64,000 bases of DNA from Macrostomum lignano (GCA_002269645.1 NIVC01003316.1:1-64000), one strand, 5' to 3'. Shown: positions 42,879 to 55,621, counted from the stretch's first letter. The notes: generated by a model not told the origin, from the letters alone. Numbers and translations: made by a program.

Positions 42879-42903
42879 GGTAAACGGCAGGAGTAACTAT
42901 GAC
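42879..42903 (+). other. 25-nt segment matching eukaryotic 28S rRNA around helix 69
   Basis: GGTAAACGGCAGGAGTAACTATGAC versus the conserved 28S sequence GGTAAACGGCGGGAGTAACTATGAC (recalled), 1 mismatch. Confidence 0.55.
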
Positions 42904-43369
42904 CATATTTTTAAAGCTAACTGCCTCGCCAGCTAATTAGTGCTGCGTGCAGATTCCGCGTTTTTATAACAGCTAATCAGTGTCATCTAGTGGCGGCATG
43001 AAGCAATTAGTAAATTGTCAGTACAGTGTAGTGAGCATACTACAAAAGTCATGATTCATGAATGTCCAGAAGTAAGTGAAGTGAATACAGTGTGACCTAT
43101 AGCTCAAGAACGATTTGCTAGACGATTTGGCATGGAAGATGAGAGCCCTGATTCAGATGGCTCATCAGATGCAGAATACGAATCCTGTAGAGATACAAGC
43201 TGTGAAAACCCACAGATTTTTAAACCACTGAATTCTAATTCCCGGAACTATTTTTGCATAGATTCTAAATTTGAAGTCATGCTCAAACAAAAACTTGTTA
43301 ACAGTTAGGAAAAAGGCAAAGATGGGAGTAATGCATGTTAAACTAAGATTTGAGGCCTTTGCAAATTCT

Positions 43370-43985
43370 CTCCATTCCTCAATCTTCTCATCCTCTTTTT
43401 CTTTTCTCTCTCATCCCTTATCCCTTTTCTCTTTCCTCTCCTCTCTCCTCTCGTCTCTCCATTCCACTCTACTCTCTCATCTTATCTTCCCTCTCGTCTC
43501 TCTCCACTCTACTCTCTCATCTTATCTCTCCTCTCTTTTCTACTCTCTCATCTCTCCTCTCTTCACTCTCCTCTCATCTCCTCTTTATCCTCTCTTCTCT
43601 CATCTACTCTCTCCTCTTTCCTCTTTCCTCTCTTCTGATCTCATCCATCATCTTTTCTTTCCTCTTTCCTCTAATCTCCTCTTCTCTCTCATCTCTTTTT
43701 CCTCCCTCAGCTTTTCTCTCCTCTTCTATCTTTTCTCCCATCGCATCGCTCGCCTCTCCTCTGTTTGCTTATCTCTAATCTTCTATTCCCTCTACTTTGA
43801 AGTAAGAAAATATGCACATATTTTTGCTGAAGATAAGAGGATAGAAGAGGGCATTGAGGAGAAAGGGTAGAGAGAAAGGGGGAGAAGAGAGGAGAGTAAA
43901 AATGAGAGGAGAGAGAAGAGGGAAAAGGGGGAGAGAGAGAAGAGGGGAGGCAAGGTAGAGAAGAAGAGAGAGATGAGAGTTGAAG
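43370..43985. repeat. CT-rich then GA-rich low-complexity tracts
   Basis: Base composition. Confidence 0.8.
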
Positions 43986-44039
43986 AGACACCAACCTTGC
44001 TGGTTAGGAAGTTTCAAAGAACCCGAGGGGCAAGGGCCA

Positions 44040-44078
44040 GATAGAGGGGCTTCGCGAGCCGGAGTTTGCCAACCCCTG
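44040..44078 (-). mobile_element. Solitary hAT (Charlie-like) terminus
   Basis: Minus strand reads CAGGGGTTGGCAAACTCCGGCTCGCGAAGCC, flanked by CTCCAGAG (resembles the NTCTAGAN target). No partner end found. A weaker look-alike lies at about 54247-54272. Confidence 0.45.
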
Positions 44079-44254
44079 CTCCAGAGTTTAAGAAATCAAT
44101 GGGAAACTGTTGACGCGGGCTTCTGATTTCAAAGATCTTGTCTGTGGTTGAAGGCTTCTATTCTGTTTTTGCTCTCCTGCCACACTTGCACCTACTACCC
44201 CTGATTGCCTCTGATTGTGACTTACTTCCCTCTTATTGCGACTTAGTTGCTTCT

Positions 44255-44560
44255 TTTTGCGACTTACCTAATCCTTTTTGCAACTTACCTAATCCTTTTT
44301 GCAACTTACCTAATCCTTTTTGTAACTTACTTAATCCTTTTTGCAACTTACCTAATCCTTTGCGACTTACCTAATCCTTTTTGCGACTTACCTAATCCTT
44401 TTGCGACTTAGCTGATCCTTTTGCGACTTACCTGATTCTTTTTGCGACTTAGTTTGCTTCTTTTGCGACTTACCTGATTCCTGTTGCGACTTACCTGATC
44501 CTTTTTGCGACTTAGTTTGCTTCTTTTGCGACTTACCTGATCCTTTTTGCGACTTACCTG
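44255..44560. repeat. About 20-bp minisatellite (TTTTGCGACTTACCT[A/G]ATCC)n
   Basis: Direct tandem repetition. Confidence 0.9.
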
Positions 44561-45823
44561 ATTATTTTTATAACTTAGTTTGCTTCTTTTGCGAATTGTT
44601 TTTCTTTTGCTTCACCATTTTCCCTGAACTGCTCTTTCTTTCGCTTTCCTCTTGACTTTCTTGGTTCTTGTGTTTTTCTGTTTTTGGTTGACTCAATTTT
44701 GCGACTTACCCCTGGTCAGCCACGATTTACGGTGGCCAGATCGGCCAGGTCGGCCAGCAGTTGCGCATGTATGGTCAACAATGAGTATGAAGGGAATAAG
44801 TCAAAGAGAAAGATATAGATTTCAGATTGATAATGAGACCCATTGGGACTAGTAAGAAAGAGAGGATGAAGAAGAAATTAAAATTTAGGGAAATGAGCTA
44901 AGAGCTACTTTAAGATTAGGGCAAGATTGATAGATGGTAGATAGTGATTAGGACAATATAACTTTTTAGCATTTTAAGTACAACTTTGGGTATAGCACTT
45001 GTACCCAAAAACCTATCATGCAAAACAGGCCATAGGTCATCTGATATTAGCATTTTTTGTCTAGAGCTTTCTTAGTAACTACCAAATCTATGATCCATAC
45101 TAGAGCAACTAAGAGAAGGATAAAGAAGGTAAAATGATATATTTATAATAGTTTATAAATTAATTCAACCATATTTCATAAATTTTGTTTATAACATATT
45201 GAATCTATTAGATATGCTACAAATAAATTAAATTATAATATACTTTTTGCATAAGTTGTAGTTCAAAAAGGCAAACAAATATACTTTTGCAGACAAGTAA
45301 ACTTTTTCGAATTGTACTAATAGTTTAAAAGTAAATTTTAAAGACATTTTAGTCAGTGTTGATATTAATTAATATCCACATTAATTAGATAACATAAAAG
45401 TATTGAACTTTTGCATGGCTTTTGCACTTGGTAATATACCAAGAACCAAGTGCCCTTATCCAAATACTTAGCTACTATTTAGCCAGTACTAGATAAATCA
45501 ATTTTTTCCAAATCAAAAATAAGATATTTATCTTTATAGGAAAAAAAACTGCAGTCAAGATGCAATAGTTTTTAACAGGTTATGGATAAAGTTTAAAAAT
45601 GGTTTTCAAGCATGATATCCCTAATTGGCCTAAATAGCAAAATTTGGTTAACATTAAAAAAGGCAATATATTAGAAATTGTTCGATAATATAAGAAATGA
45701 AATGCCACTTAATTAAAAACTTAAAAAGGAAAAACAATGAGAAACAGATGATCTGTGACTAGTTTCAATTGTCTACTATCATTGTCATGCAAAGTAAATG
45801 TATTTTGAAGTAGGTTGTTTGTA

Positions 45824-47181
45824 CTTTGAGTGTCCCAAATTTATTTAGACTTCTTACAAAATTTAACTATATCAACTACAGCAACAAAAGAAACCATCAG
45901 TCAGTGACATAATCTCCTTGGCATTGAATAACAGCATTGCAGTGATCCCAAATTTGATGCAACTCCTGCTGCAGGCTCTCAATCTTTAGACCCCTTGCCC
46001 ACTGCAACGTTGCCTCTTGCACTTCAACATGGTTCCCAAACTGGTGATGCTCGAAGTCTCGTTTCAGCCAAGAAAGCAAAAACGGTCACAAAGATTAAAA
46101 TCTGGACCATACAGTGCCTAGTGCAGCAGTTGGATGCCTTGTTTCTCCATGAATGTTGAGTTACTGCAGCTATGTAAGGCTGGGCATTGTCCCACTGCCA
46201 GATCACCTGATCAAGATGAATTGGTTGACTTCTTAAAGATTGCCAGAGATTCCTGGTTTGCTGAACAAAGTTGACAATGAACTTTGCATCCACTGACTGT
46301 CCTGGTTTGGTTGTTTCAAATGAAAACCTTTTGCTGGGAGTGAAGGCTGCAACAAGCAAAGTCTTCTTGTTTGTCATGCATCTTCTTACCACCTGGGGCC
46401 TAGGCTCCCCCTTTGACAGCCAGCATCTATTGCTTATTTTGCAGGGCAAGCCTTCAAAGAAGATCTAGGACTCATCTTGGGTGACCAACTTGTCTATGAT
46501 GTTTTTGATTCCTTCACTCTGAAACACACTGTGGATGTTTCTGGCACATGCCACCCTAGCCTGTTTGTTGGCCTTGGTGAGGTGATGGGACACCCATACC
46601 GATGTGATACAATGCAGCTCCAGGTCTTCTCTCAAAATTCGATGCACTGTTGACTTATCAACCTCCAGCCAGTCAGCAAGGGTCCATACTGACACTTTTG
46701 GATCATCTTCAATCAGAACATGCGCATCACTGATCAGCTCTGGTGTTCAAGTTGATCAAGGTCTCCCAGCACCGCTGGCACTCGGGCAGTCGCCTGGTCC
46801 TTTAGTGGGACTGGTCTTGGCATCAGCAGTGGCTGCCTTGAAATAATTAAATACAGTTGCATGGCATGGAACCCCATTGCCATACACAAAAGACAACTCT
46901 TCAAAGCACTGTTGAGTACTGATTCCAAGCTGCTGCTATGTCCATGCATAAAATCTAAAGTTTTCTTTGCTTGGCTCCATTCATTTTTGCACTGGTGTTG
47001 CAGTAGGCAAAACTGAGCTATAAAAATCTATTAGGGATGCACAAGAGAAGGTGCAGTGATACTTAAATCTCTTGTGCGTCTTCGGTACTATCTATGGTAG
47101 CATGTGGTGTGCTGACAGCTGTAGCTATAGTTCACTCTTCAAATAGCAGCAATAATCTAAATAAATTTGGGACATCTAAAG
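45824..47181 (-). mobile_element. Full-length but inactivated mariner (Tc1/mariner) transposon, 1358 bp; transposase pseudogene at 46980-45897
   Basis: TIRs CTTT(GAG/AGA)TGTCCCAAATTTATTTAGA with TA on both flanks. Motifs: MEPSKENFRFY...ELSFVYG, HTH (STVHRILREDL), WVSHHLT, TQDES, WDNAQPY, YGPDFNLCD, GDYV. Several stops and frameshifts. Confidence 0.92.
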
Positions 47182-47344
47182 TATATAAATGAGCAAAGTT
47201 AGGAAAATAGGTTGTATATGCTAAACAAAAATTATTGATTATGAAATGAAAGGTGAAAGCAAGGGTAAGGGACAAAGATAGTTGAGTTACAAAATTCAGT
47301 CTTAGCAGTTTTACTGAATCAGAAAACAATTAGCTTGCGGATAT

Positions 47345-47653
47345 ATGAGCATTGCAAAACTGTACCCAAGAAATTTCTTACACAATTTCAAATTTTGCAC
47401 CTTTTGATACAAGCAAAATGTCATACACTAAGAGCCATCAAAAAGCTGAATATGTCTTTATGAATGGCATTTAAATCAAAGCCAATAAGTGAATAAATTA
47501 TTAAATCAATATTTGTTGCTTTTTCACCACTTCAATAGAAGCAGTTTTTTAATGTTGCATGCATGCATCTAGGCTACACAAAAGCCATATACCACTCTGC
47601 AAACTTCAAAATTGTGTTGGAAATTTATTGGGTATAATTTTGTAATGCTCATA
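47345..47653. mobile_element. Degenerate MITE-like fold-back element
   Basis: About 55-bp imperfect inverted repeats: ATGAGCATTGCAAAACTGTACCCAAGAAATTTCTTACACAATTTC... versus the reverse complement of 47598-47653. No clear TSD. Confidence 0.45.
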
Positions 47654-48959
47654 GGTTTTGGCAGGCACATGGTATTGCTGTAACATTTTATGCTTTAATA
47701 AAACAAGTGTGAAAGAGAATGTAGGTCGAATTTTAACTTATTTAAACAATCCTGCTGTCTATAGCAAACATAGTCTAGAAACTTTTGCAACACTCCTTTG
47801 TATATATACATGGTATAACAACATGACTAATTAGCACTCAGATTAATTCTCAACTGTATAAATGCTAAGCAAAATTTAAATAAATATAAAAACCAAATAT
47901 ACTTTAGCCTATAACTCAAGTCAAAATAATCTTAGCAATAAAACAAATCTTAGAACTACAATAGACTACAGTATTGTGGTGGCCAGACTGTATGCAACTG
48001 GCAGCACCAGTGCAGCTGCACTGAAACCCCTCCCCCTCCCAACCTGTCTAGCTGAAGTGGGATGGGTGCGCACCAAGCTGGCCGGCTTGCTAAGCTGGGG
48101 GGTGGGTTAGTATAGCCTATCACGCCACACCACCTGTTCACACCTCCCTAGGCCCCTCAATCTCACACTATTTGTATAAATATAAATATGTGTGCAAAGC
48201 AGTGCAAAATCTTTGCTGCCATTCCATCTATTGAACTAATTAAGGCCTTCTGCCTCAGTATAATATAATAAAAATGCTTTTTGTAATTGATTACAGGTTA
48301 CTAGTATTAGTTTTTAAAAATTATATTTATAATCCAATATTAGTTTTGGTAATATTATTTTTAACTTTGCATGCTAAAATGAGGGTACAATTTTGTACTT
48401 TTATATCTTATTATTTAAAATAGATTAGTATACAAAGAAAATACTAATCAATAATTTTTATAATAATATAAAGAGCTAAAAATATGATATGCAAGTACTG
48501 TATTCGAAAAACTACATGCTTTACAATGTATATAGAATGTAGTTAACCAGCATGTGTTTTTCACTAAATCACAAAACTATTTTTAGGAAAACCTACAAGC
48601 CAATTGTCTGCCCTGCAATTATACAATTTTTTATTTACCTTCTTTATTAGCTGATAAATTTTTTCGAAATTTTGGGCACAAAAATTAGTAGGCAATAATT
48701 GCTCAAAATGCCACCTGGAAAGATCAATTAAATGTTTTGGATTTTTCTGGAAAATGTCGCTAAGTTCTTTCATAATCTTTTTATCATTCAAAGCCGATTC
48801 TTCAAGGCAATTTCTTGAATGGATGCAGATTGGCCAATTTTATGATATTTTTTCTGTGGCTTTTAAACTCGTTCGGGCCAGAAAATTTCTGTATAAAAAG
48901 TCCTCAGAATTAAGCTTCGATGAAACTAATCAATAATTTATGCGCCAGGCTGGCGAGTC

Positions 48960-51516
48960 ATGTCTGACGCAGACCTAGCGCAGCAGCAGCAGACTGCTGT
49001 TGCAGAAGAACAACAGCAACAACAAGAACAAGTTGCTGCTATTTCGAACGAACAGGTTCAACAGGAGGCTGCTTGCGGCAGCTTCCAGGAGCAGCAACCG
49101 GAGGACGCCGAGGTTGCGAATGCCGAGCACGCTGTTGCGGTGGACGAGGCGAAAGCAGCAGACAGCCAGCTGGAGCCAGGCGCCGGTAATGCAGCAGACG
49201 AGTTTGGGGCTGACGCTCGACCAATGCAGGGCCTGGACTCGATTCTGGCTAACACGGACGCCATCGATGTTGATCAGTACCAGCCCCAGCCCACCCAGGG
49301 CTGGCAGCACCAGCATCCGCTGTCAGCCGCTGCATCGGCTACTTCGCCAACTGCCAGGCAGCCGGCAAAGTACATCTGCCGGGAGTGCGGCCGCGGCTAC
49401 GCTAACAAGTCCTCGTTGAGAACGCACGCCAGAGGTGCACACGCCGATCTGCTGGGCCAAGGAGGCGGCGGCGCGGCAGGATCAGCCAGGCTGTTCAACT
49501 GTCCCCACTGCGACTTTGCCAGCCCGTTCCGGGGCAACCTGGACCGGCACGTGCTGTCGCAGCACACGGCCGGCAGGGAGCGAAGCTTCGGCTGCCAGCA
49601 GTGCGGCCAGATGTTCTACACGGCTAGCCAGATGCGGGAGCACTGCCGCTCTGTGCACTCGGACAGCAGCCACCGATGCGAGCAGTGCGGCAAGCAGTTC
49701 AACACTAAACTGCGGCTCCGTCAGCACATGGACACGCACAATCCCACTAAGCCGCACGTGTGCGACATGCCCGGCTGCGAGCGGGCCTTTCGCACGGCCA
49801 AATACTTGAAGAATCACAAAGACGAATTTCACAAGCTGCAGCCGCACCAATACAACTGTCCGATAGCCAATTGCGGCGCCGTATTCTATAAGAAGACGCA
49901 CATGAAGCGGCACATGGAGGTGCACGGCGGGGCCAAGAGTTTCCGCTGTCTATGGCCGGACTGCGAGCGGGCCTTCAGGACTCACGGGGCCCTGCAGATT
50001 CACAGGTACAAGCACACTGGGGAGAAGCCGCTAGGCTGCGGCTTGTGCGAGTACAGGTGCCGGCAGAAGATCTGCCTGTTCAATCACCACAGACGAGCTC
50101 ATCCGGACACCGCTCTGCCTGCTCAGCTGGCTAATCTGGCGCAGAGACGCCGCCGGCCGCGGCTGGCCCAGCCGAATGCCGCCAACGACGCTGTTGGTGG
50201 TGCCGCCATTGGAGACTCTGCGGCAGCAGCGGCGGCTGCCGCATCATCCGACGACGACGATGATGAAGACGTCGAAGAAGACGGCGACGACGAGGAGAAC
50301 AATGGAGGCCAGGCGCAGCAGCAGCCTGGTGGGCATCGGCAGCGGCCGCTTGACGCTTCGCTAGCCGCTTCGTCGGCTGGTGGAGCCGCCGCTGAGCACG
50401 ACGCCGACTGTCTGTACGGATTCAGCGACTTTGAGAACAGCGACGGCAATATTGGAGGCGGCGTTGGCAGCGTCGGCGCCTTCCTCACGCAGGCCGACTG
50501 CTCCTCTGGCGGCGGCGGTCCCGGCGGCTCGGCTGGTCCGAAGCTCGACTCCCAGATTGACGGTATCATTAGCAATCTTGAGCAGGACTCGAATCTTATC
50601 GACTTTCTTGAGGAGCGCGTCCAGCATCCTCATCAGCAGCCCATGAGCCAGGCGCCGCATCATCAGCCGGCGCAGAAGCTGGGTTATTCGATCAACGATT
50701 TGGTTTTCCCCGGCAACAGCAGTCAGCGGGCGGCGCCGGCGCACCTGGGCGGGTTTGGCATTCGCTCGCCCGACAATCTGCCGATCGGCGGCGCGCCCAG
50801 CGCCGACTCCTCGGCGAGTCCCAACGGCAACGCGCCCAGCGGCCACAGCACCGGCAGCAACAGCAACGGCCACCACGGCTGCCCAGCCGGCAGCAGCAAA
50901 GACTTCCTCGACGAGGTGTTGGAAGACATTCAGAGCATTCAGGAGAAGGAGCGGGGCGGCGCCGCTGCTGCCGCTACTGCCGGGTCCTTCAGCTTCGACC
51001 GACCGTCGCCTTTTATTGGCGCCAGGCCGGCGCCGCCGTTGGCCGACGCGTCCGCTTGGAGCGACTCGTCCGGCTATTCGAGCGGCCACGACACCGCCCT
51101 GCCGCCCAAGGAGCCCGCGCCTGCCGCCGCCGCCGCTGCAGCTGCCGCCGCCGCCGCTGCCGCAGCCGCCGCAGCCGCTTCAAGGCCGCTGGGTCCTATC
51201 CCGCCTGGCCTGTTTCCGCCCTACTATCCTGCCACAGGGCCTTACCCTGGCAGCCTGTTTCAGCAGCCTCACCAGCTGCCTCATCACCAGCAGCCGGCTG
51301 GTCAGCCGTATCGCCAGCTGCATATGGGCGATCATCTGCGCTCTCTGAGCGCGCTGGGCAACAAGTACCTGCCGGACACACCGCAGCAGCCTTACTCTGC
51401 TGGCCAGCAGCAGCCGCCGCCGCCGCCACAAGCGCAGCAACCGTGGGATGTGCCCTACAGTGGAGGCCCGCCTGCTGGCCCCTACGACTACTTGAGAAGT
51501 CATCTCAGCAGCGATG
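48960..51516 (+). CDS. C2H2 zinc-finger protein (8 fingers, ZFP91/ZNF276/ZNF692-like C-terminal array) with acidic, poly-Ala and Gln/Pro-rich regions; main coding exon
   Basis: Eight CxxC...HxxxH fingers, from CRECGRGYANKSSLRTH to HTGEKPLGCGLCEYRCRQKICLFNHH. Upstream branch-like ACTAAT and acceptor AG at 48947-48948. The ORF runs into a GATG|GTGAGT donor at 51517. Confidence 0.92.
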
Positions 51517-51540
51517 GTGAGTGAGCTGCTTGGTTTCCAT

Positions 51541-52250
51541 AAACCCGAATGCAGAATCGCCCTGTAAACCCCAATGCAGAATCGCCCTGCAAACCCCAAT
51601 GCAGAATCGCCCTGCAAACCCCAATGCAGAATCGCCCTGTAAACCCCAATGCAGAATCCCCTGTAAACCCCAATGCAGAATCGCCCTGTAAACCCCAATT
51701 CAGAATCGCCCTGTAAACCCCAATTCAGAATCCCCCTGTAAACCCCAATGCAGAATCGCCCTGTAAACCCCAATGCAGAATCCCCTGTAAACCCCAATGC
51801 AGAATCCCCCTGTAAACCCCAATGCAGAATCGCCCTGTGAACCCCAATGCAGAATCCCCCTGTGAACCCCAATGCAGAATCCCCTGTAAACCCCAATGCA
51901 GAATCCCCCTGTAAACCCCAATGCAGAATCCCCCTGTAAACCCCAATGCAGAATCCCCCTGTAAACCCCAATGCAGAATCCCCCTGTAAACCCCAATGCA
52001 GAATCGCCCTGTGAACCCCAATGCAGAATCCCCCTGTGAACCCCAATGCAGAATCCCCTGTAAACCCCAATGCAGAATCCCCTGTAAACCCCAATGCAGA
52101 ATCCCCTGTAAACCCGAATGCAGAATCCCCTGTAAACCCCAATGCAGAATCCCCCTGTGAACCCCAATGCAGAATCCCCTGTAAACCCGAATGCAGAATC
52201 CCCTGTAAACCCGAATGCAGAATCCCCCTGTAAACCCCAATGCAGAGTCG
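51541..52250. repeat. Intronic 24-25 bp minisatellite (AACCCCAATGCAGAATCGCCCTGTA)n
   Basis: Starts about 25 bp after the zinc-finger gene donor. Confidence 0.95.
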
Positions 52251-54671
52251 CCCAGCACCGCTATGCTTACTAGCTGTGGCAGAATCTGCCTCTTGAAGCA
52301 GATGGCTCCTATACCCTGTAGGCTGGCCGGCCACGCCGCCTTTACCCACGTGCCTCAGCATTCCCTGCACTGCATCTCTTGCTCTGGCTCGTTCTATTCT
52401 CAGCCTGTGATGTTTTCCCTATTCGGCTGCGCTGCCCGACCTTGAAAAGCAGCCTCTCCTCCGCCTCATCCTCACTCCGCCCACGCGCTCTCAGTTGCGC
52501 AGACTTTGGAGGGAAGCCACCCTCGGACTGGACTGTCCTCATTTCCCCTTTTCTCACCCCCTTCTTGGCTGTCCAGTCCACGGTCTGTAGCTGATACCCT
52601 GGACAGAGCGGCGTCCCTTCCACTTCCCCTACCCCAGTGTTCAAGCCAAAGAGGAATCGAATTCAAATTTTTTTGTTCATTTTCGAGAGAAACAAAAATA
52701 TTGCTCTGTCTTTTATTATTATGGGATTTTTATTGTAGTATAATTGTGGCAGTAAAATTATATATATTATATACATTAATTGTTAATTCGGTCAGTGCAT
52801 ATGCATGCATAGATATTTAGTGTAGGTGTGAGAGTGGGTGCCTGTGCCTGACCCTGGCCTGGCCTGGCACAGATTAGTGAGGAGCTGAGCGTGCTACGAG
52901 TGAGTGAGTGAGTGAGAGGGAGAGAGACAGAGAGAGGAGGCAAGAGTGCCGCTTCAGGGTTCCGCGCACTCGCCCTCTCACCGCCACCGCCCCCTCTGTC
53001 CCTCCGTCACACCCTCCGCGAGTGCCGAGCGTGTCCCCGCTGTAATAGACTGAGGCTTTAAACCCCAGACCGGCGCGCAGCGTACGCAGGGGCATTGGTG
53101 GGGCGGGGTGTTGGAATTCGCAGTGTAAAAAGCTCCGAGGGGCTTAAGGTAAAGGGAGGAAGGCGGAGCCGCTCCCCCGGCAGAGACGGAACAGCTTTAG
53201 CGCGTACACTTTCCCACCCCCTCTCAGCTGCTGAACACACTGTAGCCATAGGGAGAGGGGTAGGATGGAAGCACCGAAGTCCCGTTCCGTTCTGTTCCCC
53301 CAGTTTCTGGCGCGGCCGGACTTCAAAATTGCGCCCCTCAAGCCTCCCACCGATCCCATCAGTTCCCCTTCCTCCCCTTCTATCCCGTTTTTTTGCCGGC
53401 CGTGTGCGTTGACTCATTTTTGTGCCGCGGCCGCCGCTTTTCTCTCTCGGAGCTTGGTAGAATGGACAACCAAGCCTTACCAGCAGCAGCAGCTTAGAGG
53501 AGCCCGAGGGTGTCGCCTCTTCCCTATCCCCCCCTGTCTATCGATATACCGTAAGACCAGTTTTTCCAAGGTCTTCTTTTCTCTTTCAGCGTTCTCTTAG
53601 ACTCGGAGGACTCTCGGTCGAGTCTGAGTCAAGAGACAATGAATTTTGCAGCCCGGCCTGCGCCTCTTGCTGTGACCTTAAAAAAAGACTCGCCGCCCTC
53701 GTGTGACTTGGGAAAGTGGGGGGGGGGATGCCTCCTGCCTGCGTTTCGAGCGCGCAGGCACTCCTGAGGCCTTTCTCTTTCCCTGCCTTTGATTCTCTTG
53801 CGCAAACTTTGTCACCTTGGGGACCCGAGACAGTCGGTGCGCTTTTTGTGCGCATTGTACCCTCCTCTCTGCCCCTCCGTACTCTCTATCTACCTACCGC
53901 TTTTGTGACTCCAGTCTTCTCTCAGGCCCGCTAGCTAGAAATGCTTGTTGTATAAAGCAGGGGTCAGAAATTCTTTTACCTCAGCGGCGAGATAAAAAAT
54001 TTTGCTCCTGGCTTGATGAGAGAGAAAAGGTGAGGGAATAGATGACAGTGAAGAAGGCAGAGATGTGGGAGAAGAGGGAAGAAAAGATGTGCGACTGTAG
54101 TAGGCGAGAAAGGAGATGAGATTAGAGATGAAATAAAAAAGAGGAGAGAAGAGGGGAGAGGGAGAGAGAAGTGGGGAGAGAGGAGAGAAGAGAGCTGAGA
54201 ATAGACAAATATTGATCGGTCCGGGTTGCTATTTTGAATTTTCAAAGGATAGAGAGGCTTCGCAGGACTGAGTTTGCCGGATAATAATATCAGATGATTC
54301 AGTATTATATCAGATAATAATTCAGTATAAAGTAATATAAGTATATTATTATGCCGTACTAAAAATAGTTCGCCGCAAATTTTAGGTGCGCGTGAAAAAT
54401 CGATATTTTATGCGGAAGCCAAACACCCCCCCATTTTTTGGATTAAAATTAAATTAATATCCAAACTACACTACTGCTGGGACTCCATTCAGTAGGCATA
54501 GTTGGCGCATAGATGCTAAAAAAATATTTGACTGTCGGAGCGGCAGTTCCTCCGGTAATCTGTTTTTTTTCGCAAGAGAAGCAACCCAATCCTTCTTTAC
54601 GAGGCCGAGTCTGATTAAGAATGATTTTCGATGCTCATTTCCGGTCCAAAATTCCTGTTGCTAACCCACAG

Positions 54672-54940
54672 CGTCCAAGCCGCCGGACCCGCCTTACCGA
54701 CCATTTGCCGATTATGCGTCAGCGCCGTACCAGCAGCCGGAGCAGCACCAGCAGCTGCCTTATCAGCAGCATCAGCCTCCTCAGCAGCTTCATCATTCGC
54801 AGCAGCAGTCGCCGATGCCGTACAGTTTCTATCAGCCAGGCTATGGCGCATATCAGCAGCACCAGCCTGCCTACCCCATGCCGCCGCCGCCGCCGCCGCC
54901 GCCACCGACTTCGCAGCTGAATCACAGGTATCCATTCTGA
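54672..54940 (+). CDS. Downstream Gln/Pro/Tyr-rich exon of the zinc-finger gene; ends either at TGA 54938-54940 or at a donor at 54928
   Basis: gCTAACccacAG acceptor. Phase-1 join G|CG TCC AAG gives ASKPPDPPYRPFADYASAPYQQPEQHQQLPYQQ...PPPPPPPPPTSQLNH, compositionally continuous with the tail of the previous exon. Confidence 0.75.
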
Positions 54941-55621
54941 GCTGCCTGCTGCCTGCAGAATTTCTTGTACACAACAGCAGCATTAGCAGTTGAGCTAACC
55001 TGTCTGCCTGTTAATTGATTGACACAAGCACACACCTGTCCATTCCAATGCACTGCTCTCGCGGCTACCCCATTCTGTATAAAAAAAACTTCTTCTAAAC
55101 ACATCAGTTTGTAGTTGTTTTTTTCTTTGTAGCTCCCCCCCCCCCCCCCCGCCTAGTAATTACTTGACTATGGATGCAATGCCTATTAATACTATGTCAC
55201 AGTCTGTGATCTTGACAGATTAATCCCCTAATCCCGCTTATTAAACAGTTCAAGTCTGCCTTCTACAATCAGTCGCTTTACTGTTTTTCCTTGTCTAATC
55301 ATGTCATATTAATTAATCGATATTTTCTATTTCTCTTATCAAAATAATAACTATATTGAAACAGAATCTCAGGGGGCCAGTGTACAGGATCGCGGCAATT
55401 TCTTATTGATCCTAGCAAATTTATTATCTTGCTCTGTACAAGCGCATGCCCTACTGTTGCTACTCTGTCTAGTAAAGTGAGTAGTATTCGAGGCAATTTT
55501 TTCCTGTGAATTTTTTGTTTTGTTTAAATAGGTCTGATAAGATTTTACGCATTGTAGGGCGTTTAATTAGTATCCAGCCATGTTCTGTAATGCCTTCCAT
55601 TATCCTCTTATAATATTGCCA

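Noticed and set aside
42879-42903. A genuine rRNA gene
   Set aside because: The match is only 25 nt, the helix-69 stem is broken and the flanks are not rDNA.
50123-52370. Minus-strand ORFs over the zinc-finger gene and the 25-bp array
   Set aside because: Antisense shadows and repeat translations.
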